Assembly (NCBI GenBank): GCA_964588765.1
Contig: CAZPQS010000003.1
Location: forward strand, 1-35,436
Origin: an uncultured Planctomycetales bacterium
Lineage (GTDB): Bacteria; Omnitrophota; Gorgyraeia; Gygaellales; JAHJCI01
DNA: 35,436 nucleotides
Reading direction: 5' to 3'
Under the pieces are notes generated by a model. The model had not been told where the DNA came from and made no database searches. It saw only the letters and a program-made list of their open reading frames with translations. Numbering within the stretch: the first letter of the stretch is position 1; each line of letters opens with the position of its first letter. A program made the translations under genes and the position numbers. Positions 27,742-35,436 of this stretch are shown piece by piece.

Positions 27742-28251
27742 TTAAATTTTTGGCATCCTTTTTAATATGGTATCAACTAAACCATCGATCAATTCTAAAC
27801 CCGAATCGTTACGTATAACTAAATCCGGATTCTCCGGCGGCATAAATTCTATATCCACGCCGGCAACATTTTTTATCTCGCCATTTAATGCTTTTTGATA
27901 AAGCCCTTTGTAATCTCTTTGCATTAACTCGTCCTGAGAAGCATCAATGAAAATTTCAAAATACCCGCTATAATTCTCTCTATTCCACCTTTGCGACTCA
28001 TGGAATAAAGAAAGAATACAGCAAACAACATTGATACCCTGGGAATCCAGCAATTTACACAGCTGGCACACCCTATCGGCATTTTTCTTTCGATCGTCTA
28101 AAGAATGCCCGAGGTCATTGCCAAAAATATCTCTCACTAAATCGCCGTCTAAAAATACTGTATTCTTATGTTCTGCTTTAAGTCTAGTGTATAAAGATTT
28201 TCCGATTGTTGTCTTGCCTGCCCCGGAAAGTCCGATTATCCAAATTACCAT
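27742..28251 (-). CDS. Adenylyl-sulfate kinase family protein; by context a cytidine diphosphoramidate 3'-kinase (Cj1415-like)
   Basis: P-loop GLSGAGKTT, LDGD, RDYKGLY, VAGVD. Last of four genes in the Cj1418-1417-1416-1415 order. Confidence 0.8.
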   Translation of the reverse strand: MVIWIIGLSGAGKTTIGKSLYTRLKAEHKNTVFLDGDLVRDIFGNDLGHSLDDRKKNADRVCQLCKLLDSQGINVVCCILSLFHESQRWNRENYSGYFEIFIDASQDELMQRDYKGLYQKALNGEIKNVAGVDIEFMPPENPDLVIRNDSGLELIDGLVDTILKRMPKI

Positions 28252-28272
28252 TTCTTCACCTTTAAAAAGTTT

Positions 28273-29010
28273 TTAGCCTTTAACTAATTTTTCTCCATAT
28301 AAGCGATTAGCCAAATTAAGATCGCCTATATTATCAATCTCGCACCAACTCTCTTTTATTGGCACTCCATAGACAGGATACCCCTTCTTTATTAATAAAC
28401 TTAGTAATGTGGTCATATCCATCCGGTCTACTTCTTCGCCAGTGAATTCAGCAACGATATCTTTTATCCAAGAAAACCCTTTGGCGGAAAAATAAAGCAG
28501 CCCCATATATTGACCCTGGATCTCATCAATTGACTCTACCTTACGTCCAATATCAGAGATTCTCCCCTCATTATCAATAACAAAGCTCTCTGCATCAGTT
28601 AAAGGATCCGGGAAACGCTCTTGCCAAAGCTCCAGCCAGTTAGGGTCATAACTAAGAACAATATCTTTATCCTGCTTCATAAGCTCGGAAACAGTACCTT
28701 GTCCATAGATAATATCGGCATAACTGACTAAAGAGCCGTCTTTAAATTCAGGCTCCGCACATAAAAGACTGGCTACCATATTTGTCTGCTCCCACCTGGC
28801 ATTATTGATTCGTAAAGTGCCAAACCCTTTTAGCATATCGGATTTGTATCCGGTAACAATAACCACTCGCTCTATACCGCAAGCAGAAAATGCCCTTAAT
28901 TGAAAACTCAAGATAGTAGAATCTCCCACCAAATTCAAGCATTTAGGTTTATCTTCGCTAAACCCTTTGAGACGACTTCCTCTGCCAGCAGCTAAAATTA
29001 TTGCCTTCAT
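28273..29010 (-). CDS. LicC-like nucleotidyltransferase; by context CTP:phosphoglutamine cytidylyltransferase (Cj1416-like)
   Basis: AIILAAGRGSRL, DKPKCL, TNMVASL, SYADI, QYMGL, WCEIDN. Start placed at the second ATG (29010) on RBS spacing; the ORF track gives 29019. Confidence 0.82.
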   Translation of the reverse strand: MKAIILAAGRGSRLKGFSEDKPKCLNLVGDSTILSFQLRAFSACGIERVVIVTGYKSDMLKGFGTLRINNARWEQTNMVASLLCAEPEFKDGSLVSYADIIYGQGTVSELMKQDKDIVLSYDPNWLELWQERFPDPLTDAESFVIDNEGRISDIGRKVESIDEIQGQYMGLLYFSAKGFSWIKDIVAEFTGEEVDRMDMTTLLSLLIKKGYPVYGVPIKESWCEIDNIGDLNLANRLYGEKLVKG

Positions 29011-29011
29011 C

Positions 29012-29680
29012 TTATACATTCACCTTATTACCAATAATCTTTTTACTAAATAATGCTTTTATCAGTTCGGAATCAAAGTTTGTTGCCGGGTTTTCTCTCT
29101 CTGGATGCCATTGGATACCGATAAACCTTGCTTGGCGATGATAAATGCCCTCAACAACGCCGGCAGGACTCTTAGCAAAAATATTGAATTTCGAAGATAG
29201 TCCTGCAGTCATAATCCCCTGATTATGAAAACTATTCACAACCAACTCTTTACCTGTTGTTTTATCGCTGAATAATTCTTCGATAATCGCCACCTTATGG
29301 TTAAAATTAGCGTGTTTTTCTCCACTGGCTTTATAAATATCCTTAGTCAATTCTCCGCCAAAGAAAACATTAAGAACCTGCATGCCGCGGCAAACCCCCA
29401 AAATCGGCAGATCATTCTTTAAACAATAGTCAATAATCCCTTTTTCTGTCTCGTCTTTTTGGGGAAAACTGCCCCAATCATTGCCGTTAGAAAGAATAAC
29501 CCCCTCAATCGGCAGACCCTTAAGCGTAGCTAAGGCTTTTTCAGGATGATTCACTAAGGGAACAAGCACCACTTGCGGCATAGTCCTATATATATAGATA
29601 TACCAATCCTGCGCCAAGGCATCCCTTGTCTCCGGATAATCCTGATTCTCCGCAACCCGCATTGTAATTGCTATAAGCAT
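29012..29680 (-). CDS. Class I glutamine amidotransferase-like hydrolase; by context gamma-glutamyl-CDP-amidate hydrolase (Cj1417-like)
   Basis: ETRDAL.QDW, nucleophile GVCRGMQ, VNSFH, QWHPER (Cys-His-Glu triad). Confidence 0.85.
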   Translation of the reverse strand: MLIAITMRVAENQDYPETRDALAQDWYIYIYRTMPQVVLVPLVNHPEKALATLKGLPIEGVILSNGNDWGSFPQKDETEKGIIDYCLKNDLPILGVCRGMQVLNVFFGGELTKDIYKASGEKHANFNHKVAIIEELFSDKTTGKELVVNSFHNQGIMTAGLSSKFNIFAKSPAGVVEGIYHRQARFIGIQWHPERENPATNFDSELIKALFSKKIIGNKVNV

Positions 29681-29694
29681 AATTTTATATATTT

Positions 29695-32097
29695 TTAAGC
29701 CTCGATTGATATAACATTGCCTTGAACACAGTTAATTTCTATTGCCCGCGAACGCAGCACACGGTCAAATATCTGCTCACCGCAGCCAATCGCCGCCGGG
29801 ATACCAAATTCGGCACAACGAATAGCCATATGCGAATTTGCCCCGCCATATTTGGTAATAAGGCCTTTTATTGAGCGGGAAAAAATCCAGTCAAAGCCGG
29901 GATCAGCCCCCTCGATCAAAACAATACAATCGGAAATATCTACCCCCTCATCGCTTTTACCGTCCAGTAATACATAATTACCTCTGACAATCTTTTTTGT
30001 TATAAAATTTGGCTTATTCAGTAATAAGGGAACGATTGCGACATCCTCGGGGGTCTCAATAATATAAGGTAAAGATAAAGCCATGGTAATTTCATGCCTT
30101 TGTTTTTCCTGATTAGCAATATCTCTTAAATGTTGTTCAATATTTTTATCGCAGGCAATACTCATCGTATCCAGAATGGACTTTAGGGAAATAAAGGACA
30201 GCTCTTCCCGATTTAAGCCGATATTCTCCCCCCAGGCGGCAATAAGCTCTAAAGCATCGCTAACATTTTTAGTAAAAATAAATTTGGCATATTCTCTAGC
30301 CTGAATTGCTTTTGCGATATATTCAAGTAGTTGATTAGCCTTTATGCTGAACCCAAAACTTCCAAGTGCCTCATCGATTTGCTTTAACTGCTCCTTAGAA
30401 AAAGAAAAACCTTGAGCGTCATCCCGACGCAAAGGCCGCTTTATATTACCGTTAATCAAATCGTCTCTTTTGTCATACCTTTTTGAAACAATATCATAAG
30501 TACCCGGACGCAGATGCCCGTATTTAGACATAAATTCTTTTGCGGTTAATTGTTGGCATATAAGCCGGTCAAAATCATCAACCACCTCGGTAGCTATTGT
30601 CTTTATTGATTTTTGGAAAGAATCTATCTGTGATTCAGTCGCTAAGCCGCAAGAAACAAAGGAACGCAAGAAATCCTTGGCAATAAAGGCATGCCTTGCC
30701 AAGATGCTGAAGGGCAGCGTTCCCCACCTCACGCAATCTTCCAGCAGGCTTGATACGGCTGATAGGTCTTTTAATTCACCAGAGGCAATTAAAGCCTTTC
30801 TTCTTTCTTCAAGGGCTTCTATCTTCTGCAAACTATTCTCTAAAGAAGCTACTCTACCGCTTATTAAATTATCGGTTAACTTAAGTAAACTCTTATAAAA
30901 ATTGTTCTCTTCATCCTTATTTAAAATTCCCGGTATCTGAGTTGATATTTTATTTTTAAAATCAAGGCTAAGCGCGGTTATTGCTACATCAAACTCAATC
31001 TTGTCCTGAAGCTCTTTATGCTCGGCGAGACGTTTAATCCAAGCATTAACTAATTTTTGAGAAATTACCGGATTAAGGTCACTAGGAAGAAAAGAATTAA
31101 AACTCGCACGGACATCAATGTAGGGCTGTCCACATAAAGAAATCATCAGCCTTACGCCTTTGGGCTCGTAATAGCCCATTAATTTACGGGCTTCACGCCA
31201 AGTATGATTCGTAATTAAATGCTTATATAAAGAAATAGCCAGCGGCCGCGGAGATGTTCCAATCATTTCTGCCGGATTCCAATCAGGCATTCTGCCGAAA
31301 AGGGTAGTATCGCCGTAAAGACCGTCTCTTGGCTTAAAGGACCTCTCAATAAAGTCTTGACTGTTTTTAATTGCTTCGTTAACTTTACTTGCGATATCCC
31401 CACTCCAGATGGGTTTAGTTGATATCCTGCGTACCTGGAAAATATAAACCTCCATTGCCGGACTAACCGCATATTCTATATCTAGAGAGTTATCGCCGGT
31501 AATTTGCTCTATTTCCTTTACCGCGAGCAACAATGATTTAAAACGCTCCGAGCGTAATTGCCTGATGGCATCGCGATTAACCAGCAAGGTCCGATTGCTA
31601 TTCTCTTTACCCGCAGTCACCGTATCGGTTAAACCTGTCTCATCATCATAATTGATTACATAGTAGGGAGCGCCAGTATTAAGGTCCTGTGTAAATATTA
31701 CCCCGCTCATCGAAACATTGTTTATCATAAGCTGCACTAAAACCTGGTCCTTAGGTTCGAATCTATCGCTCGATTTTCTGTAGCTGTCCATTACTTTATT
31801 AATGGCATCGCTAAGCGATTGTTTGTCCTCAGGCGAAACATTGGGCACTGAATCATGAATCCCGGCTAAAGATGCTTGATGATCGTCCTCAGTATAAGCA
31901 CTGGAACGCACGATAACCTTATCTTTACCAAAAAACTTCCCTAATTCACTAAGAATATAATCAGCGTCTTCTCGCCAATTTGCGGCAGAAAAGTAATAAA
32001 GCTTGGGAACCTTTGAAAGCTTAAGAACCGGAGATAGAAACTCTAAAGTCTTTGCCTTTGTAGTAAACTGATATTTGTTATTAATTACCTTTGTCAT
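29695..32097 (-). CDS. PPDK/PEP-synthase-like kinase; L-glutamine kinase (Cj1418-like, P-N bond forming)
   Basis: ATP-grasp N-terminus (TKAKTL, VIVRSS..ED, SGVIFT, DIEYA, FQVR), central MPDWNPAEMIG and YGHLRPGTYDI, C-terminal phospho-His domain ADPGFDWIF...GGANSHMAIRCAE. Start placed at ATG 32097, just after the upstream stop. Confidence 0.88.
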   Translation of the reverse strand: MTKVINNKYQFTTKAKTLEFLSPVLKLSKVPKLYYFSAANWREDADYILSELGKFFGKDKVIVRSSAYTEDDHQASLAGIHDSVPNVSPEDKQSLSDAINKVMDSYRKSSDRFEPKDQVLVQLMINNVSMSGVIFTQDLNTGAPYYVINYDDETGLTDTVTAGKENSNRTLLVNRDAIRQLRSERFKSLLLAVKEIEQITGDNSLDIEYAVSPAMEVYIFQVRRISTKPIWSGDIASKVNEAIKNSQDFIERSFKPRDGLYGDTTLFGRMPDWNPAEMIGTSPRPLAISLYKHLITNHTWREARKLMGYYEPKGVRLMISLCGQPYIDVRASFNSFLPSDLNPVISQKLVNAWIKRLAEHKELQDKIEFDVAITALSLDFKNKISTQIPGILNKDEENNFYKSLLKLTDNLISGRVASLENSLQKIEALEERRKALIASGELKDLSAVSSLLEDCVRWGTLPFSILARHAFIAKDFLRSFVSCGLATESQIDSFQKSIKTIATEVVDDFDRLICQQLTAKEFMSKYGHLRPGTYDIVSKRYDKRDDLINGNIKRPLRRDDAQGFSFSKEQLKQIDEALGSFGFSIKANQLLEYIAKAIQAREYAKFIFTKNVSDALELIAAWGENIGLNREELSFISLKSILDTMSIACDKNIEQHLRDIANQEKQRHEITMALSLPYIIETPEDVAIVPLLLNKPNFITKKIVRGNYVLLDGKSDEGVDISDCIVLIEGADPGFDWIFSRSIKGLITKYGGANSHMAIRCAEFGIPAAIGCGEQIFDRVLRSRAIEINCVQGNVISIEA

Positions 32098-32102
32098 TGT
32101 AG

Positions 32103-33125
32103 CTATATCGCCTTTTTGCATTTTCTACATGCTGAGGGCATCTCATCCTGGCTGCCATTTATTCTATCCCTCAACTCTTTAAGCTTATTACTATTCCAAA
32201 TCTCATAAATTGAATTATCATAGATATTACCCACGGGCATCTGATAGGCATAGCAAGAACAGCAAGGGAAAACTAACCCGCTGTTACGTATAATAAGCCT
32301 CTGATAAGGCATCGCACATTCTTTAAAATCTATACCGGCGATACGGAATCTCTCTTTAAACCTCTCATATTTTTCGGTTCCGACAAAAGGATTGGCTACC
32401 TCTTGTAAAGTTACATAGTCTACTCTTTTGGCCCAATAATCAGTAAACTCATCCACCTCGGATATATTTTCTTTAGTTTTAATAAATGAAACTCGGGTTA
32501 TCGGTAAAACGCTCCCCAGAGATTTTTTAACTTGAAGAAAAGTATCTATATTGCTCATTGTCTTTTCAAAATTAGCCCCTACGCGCATTTTTTCGTAAGT
32601 CTCTTTACGTATAGAGTCTATGGAAAATTTTATCTGGGTCAAACCAGCCTCGATAAGCTGTTTTGAATTTTGAGCATTAAGTAATGTTGCATTGGTAACG
32701 ATATAGATATCAATAACTCCCGCCTGCTTGGCATAATGGATATATCTTTCAATATCCTTTAATAAAAGGGGTTCATTATAGCCATTTAATTGCACCGAAC
32801 ATAGGCCATGCTTGAGGCCTTCATCGATGATTTCACAATATTTTTCAAATGATATCCTTGCCTTTTCATCTACGGTATAGCCTCTTTTATCAGGCGGAAT
32901 TGATAAGATGCACATCGAACATCTCAAATTGCAGCCATAAAAAATCTCAAAATTTAAATGCAGGGGGTATTTTTGCACCACCTGGCAATTAGATGCCCTA
33001 TCCCATTTATTGCGATAATCACGATATCTCTGCCCAAGTTCATCGGCCAGAATATCATGATACGACCTCTTTTTATAAATTACCGTGTGAGCTAAATCTG
33101 GTTTTTCTTTTAGATAAGCGCTCAT
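32103..33125 (-). CDS. Radical SAM protein with SPASM/twitch domain
   Basis: CNLRCSMC, NEPLL, TNATLL, FSIDS, CAMPY...GLVFPCC...GNI...IWNS...CRKC. Confidence 0.9.
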   Translation of the reverse strand: MSAYLKEKPDLAHTVIYKKRSYHDILADELGQRYRDYRNKWDRASNCQVVQKYPLHLNFEIFYGCNLRCSMCILSIPPDKRGYTVDEKARISFEKYCEIIDEGLKHGLCSVQLNGYNEPLLLKDIERYIHYAKQAGVIDIYIVTNATLLNAQNSKQLIEAGLTQIKFSIDSIRKETYEKMRVGANFEKTMSNIDTFLQVKKSLGSVLPITRVSFIKTKENISEVDEFTDYWAKRVDYVTLQEVANPFVGTEKYERFKERFRIAGIDFKECAMPYQRLIIRNSGLVFPCCSCYAYQMPVGNIYDNSIYEIWNSNKLKELRDRINGSQDEMPSACRKCKKAI

Positions 33126-33136
33126 ACAAAATTTCC

Positions 33137-34234
33137 TTATTCAAAACTGTTCAACAGATGCTTTGTGCTCTCCTTATAAGACTCCCATTGACCAATGTCC
33201 AACCAAGACTTCTCGCTAATCGGGTAAACCCCGATTGTCCCCTTCTTTGCTTTAACTGCGCGAATTAAATCGGTCATAGAAAAAGTTCCATTTTGAGAGA
33301 TATATTTCAAAACCTTTTTATCGATAACATACATACCGGTATTAACCAGGAAGTCATATTCGGGTTTTTCTTCAATTACCTTTAACTCACCGCCGGAATT
33401 TATCTTCATAACCCCATAGGGTACGACAAAATGCTGCATTGAGCCTACTACGGTAATGTCATAACCTTTGCTTTTGTGAAAATTATATATATCCACATAA
33501 TTTGCCTTGATTATCGTATCGCAGTTAGAAAGAAAAAATGTATTGGATAAATCCTTGGGAAGATGCTTCAGGCCTCCGGCCGTACCCAAAGGCTTCTCGC
33601 CTTCATTGATGTATTCAATGTCATAGTTGTTAGTAGTATTATTAAAGTAAGATTTGATCATCTCCGCCTTATATCCAAGAATGAAATATATTTTACCTGA
33701 AATCTCCTGCATAAAATGCTCCATTATAACTTCGATTACCGGCTTATCATGTATGGGAACCAAAGCCTTTGGCAAAATTTTAGTAAACGGAGCCAAGCGG
33801 CTACCTTGCCCTCCAGCCATAATAACAACCGAGGCATTCAAGATAGTTCTTTTAATCTCATGCCCGAAATCATCGCTAATAATATCTTTCCAAAAATACA
33901 TATCGACAATTTTCATATCATCGTCGACAACCGGCAAGGAGTGCCCGCCGGATTTAATGGCTTTATTGCGTATTTCTTCCTTAGAACCATTCTTGATTAA
34001 AATCTGATTAACGTATACCGGATCACTGTTGTATATCTTGTTAACTCGCTTGGAAAGTGCCCCATCGGCAAGAATCCACCGTCTGACATCGCCATCGGTA
34101 ACCGTACCCAAAAGCCTTTTGTTTTTATCAACGACAAAAAGTATTTTTTTGCCCGTCTGGTCCATCTGTCTCATGGCTTTTTTTATGGTCAGGGTTTTAT
34201 CAATGAAAAATTTTTTCCATTTATTACTCATCAT
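33137..34234 (-). CDS. CBS-domain sugar-phosphate nucleotidyltransferase (PtmE/LegX-like, legionaminic acid pathway)
   Basis: N-terminal CBS pair (GTVTDGDVRR), VIMAGGQGSRL..PKAL, PLGTAG, VPYGV, EEKP, WLDIG. AGGAG at 34241-34245 favours ATG 34234. Confidence 0.88.
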   Translation of the reverse strand: MMSNKWKKFFIDKTLTIKKAMRQMDQTGKKILFVVDKNKRLLGTVTDGDVRRWILADGALSKRVNKIYNSDPVYVNQILIKNGSKEEIRNKAIKSGGHSLPVVDDDMKIVDMYFWKDIISDDFGHEIKRTILNASVVIMAGGQGSRLAPFTKILPKALVPIHDKPVIEVIMEHFMQEISGKIYFILGYKAEMIKSYFNNTTNNYDIEYINEGEKPLGTAGGLKHLPKDLSNTFFLSNCDTIIKANYVDIYNFHKSKGYDITVVGSMQHFVVPYGVMKINSGGELKVIEEKPEYDFLVNTGMYVIDKKVLKYISQNGTFSMTDLIRAVKAKKGTIGVYPISEKSWLDIGQWESYKESTKHLLNSFE

Positions 34235-34950
34235 CACTTACTCCTTTTTAATTGCCGCCTATTATTTAGAAATTCTGCAAACATAAAATCTTGATTACTG
34301 TCAATATCGATTGACCGCTCTTCGGGCATTACATAAGCAAAGGTTTTATCCCCCCAAAAGCATTTCTTCTGCATTATATAGTCACAAAAAGCTACATATA
34401 CTGCCCCATTTACCTTGTAAAACTGAGGCAAATCTTGTCGATTAATCATTCTAAGTTTAAATCGGGTAAAGTTTTTCATACACCCATTCTTAGGCAGTTC
34501 ATTGGTTAAGTAAAACGGATAATCGGTTTTACATGTAGAAATCACAACCTTAGCCTTCTTAGAAAATAACGTCTCCACCGCCTTATCTATATCCTGTGCT
34601 ATCCTAAGCGGGGAGGTAGGCTGAAGTAGTATAATCAGACTAAAAGCCTCACCCACATCCTTAAACCAGTTAAGCGCATGCAGCATAACATCCATACCTT
34701 TAGCCGTATCCGTAGCTAACCTTTTTGGCCGTAAAAAAGGAGTCTTTGCGCCATATCTTTTGGCAACGGCTCTTATTTTCCTATTATCGGTAGAGACAAC
34801 AATTTCGTCAATGTACCTACTCTTCTTTGCCGCAGCGATAGTCCAAGCAATTAGCGGCTTGCCATTTAAGGGCTTTATATTTTTACCGGGTAAGGATTTA
34901 CTTCCTCCCCTTGCCGGAATTAAAGCTAAAACTCTTTTATTTTTGTACAT
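34234..34950 (-). CDS. neuA: Acylneuraminate cytidylyltransferase (CMP-NeuAc/CMP-Leg synthetase)
   Basis: ALIPARGGSKSLPGKN, VSTD, PFLRP, LLQPTSPLR, RQDLP, NGAVY, SIDIDS. Confidence 0.92.
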   Translation of the reverse strand: MYKNKRVLALIPARGGSKSLPGKNIKPLNGKPLIAWTIAAAKKSRYIDEIVVSTDNRKIRAVAKRYGAKTPFLRPKRLATDTAKGMDVMLHALNWFKDVGEAFSLIILLQPTSPLRIAQDIDKAVETLFSKKAKVVISTCKTDYPFYLTNELPKNGCMKNFTRFKLRMINRQDLPQFYKVNGAVYVAFCDYIMQKKCFWGDKTFAYVMPEERSIDIDSNQDFMFAEFLNNRRQLKRSK

Positions 34951-35436
34951 AATTATCTACTTCGTTTAAATCAAAAAATTTCTTTTTGAGAATACCGTTC
35001 AAATTGGTCTTTTTAATAATTTCTTTGATTTTCGAGGAAGTCTCGCCATCGCCATAAGGACTTACGACTGTTTTTAATTGACCTTGAAATTCACTTGAGT
35101 ATAATTTCTCGAATGCTTGCCTGATAGCCTCAACTGTTGGTTCGCAATCGATAACGCTTTTAGGCTTTAATCTCCCCTTTTGTCTGTCGCCTATATTAAT
35201 TGTACCTATATGAAAACTGGGAGCCTCTATAATCGCGCTTGAGGAATTCCCCGCAACAGCGTCCATAAACTGCAGCGTTGAAAGATATCTCATCTGCCCC
35301 ATTGAAGTAAAGGCAATTGATTTATGAGGATTATTCGATGCATATTTATCAATCATTCTATTAATGACCCTGCCGCCGGTATCAGCGTTAGCTTTTGTAA
35401 AGATAATATTGGTATCAATTAAGCCATTCAACACAT
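34937..35436 (-). CDS. neuC: Hydrolysing UDP/GDP-N-acetylhexosamine 2-epimerase (NeuC/LegG-like), C-terminal part only
   Basis: ANADTGG, GNSSS, EAPS, NIGDRQKGR, PYGDG, KKFFDL. The gene continues past the window edge. Confidence 0.88.
   Translation of the reverse strand, partial: VLNGLIDTNIIFTKANADTGGRVINRMIDKYASNNPHKSIAFTSMGQMRYLSTLQFMDAVAGNSSSAIIEAPSFHIGTINIGDRQKGRLKPKSVIDCEPTVEAIRQAFEKLYSSEFQGQLKTVVSPYGDGETSSKIKEIIKKTNLNGILKKKFFDLNEVDNYVQK

Noticed and set aside
27742-28251. Annotation as housekeeping cysC for sulfate assimilation
   Set aside because: No ATP sulfurylase is nearby and the gene directly follows Cj1418/17/16-like genes. APS kinase activity is not strictly excluded.
29695-32097. 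Annotation as PEP synthase or pyruvate phosphate dikinase
   Set aside because: The phospho-His domain is C-terminal, there is no pyruvate-binding TIM barrel, and the neighbours match the glutamine kinase pathway.
28273-32097. Phosphonate (C-P) biosynthesis or a phosphocholine (lic) locus
   Set aside because: No PEP mutase (EDKxxxxxNS motif), phosphonopyruvate decarboxylase, choline kinase or LicD is visible in the window.
4119-33125. RiPP cluster suggested by SPASM and B12 radical SAM enzymes
   Set aside because: No intergenic space for a precursor peptide, and no RRE/PqqD domain, peptidase or transporter is evident. The context is carbohydrate biosynthesis.
432-34969. Numerous short plus-strand ORFs (62-157 aa, e.g. 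10606..11079, 33654..34007) and three short alternate-frame minus-strand ORFs
   Set aside because: They overlap long, motif-bearing minus-strand genes and have no recognisable motifs, so they are best explained as shadow ORFs.
1-35436. CRISPR arrays, tRNA/rRNA, IS elements, tandem repeats, ops element, phase-variable homopolymers
   Set aside because: None seen by eye. The window is almost entirely coding, and the short A/T runs lie within intact reading frames.

Overview
The window is an internal segment of one very large minus-strand surface-glycan biosynthesis operon. It holds 30 complete genes plus a truncated gene at each edge, all co-oriented, with gaps of 30 bp or less or short overlaps. 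In transcription order (right to left): (1) a legionaminic/neuraminic-acid-type block (NeuC-like epimerase, NeuA, CBS-nucleotidyltransferase); (2) a radical SAM/SPASM enzyme; (3) a complete four-gene phosphoramidate (P-N bond) pathway resembling Campylobacter Cj1418-Cj1415, followed by a hypothetical protein, a formyltransferase-like protein and a CDP-alcohol phosphotransferase rather than recognisable MeOPN transferase/methyltransferase genes; (4) several apparent 2-keto-3-deoxy-acid (ulosonate) modules. These modules use three different condensing enzymes (atypical NeuB, HpcH aldolase, DRE-TIM aldolase fused to a CstII/Maf-like domain). The window has five CMP-ulosonate-synthetase-type domains, four 590-690 aa orphan GT-B-like proteins, two sulfotransferase-fold proteins, three cobalamin-dependent radical SAM enzymes and two SPASM/twitch radical SAM enzymes. 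I saw no RNA genes, mobile elements, CRISPR arrays or notable repeats. Family calls rest on motifs read by eye and remembered consensus sequences, with no database search. The gene content suggests an anaerobic bacterium (Omnitrophota-like is only a guess).
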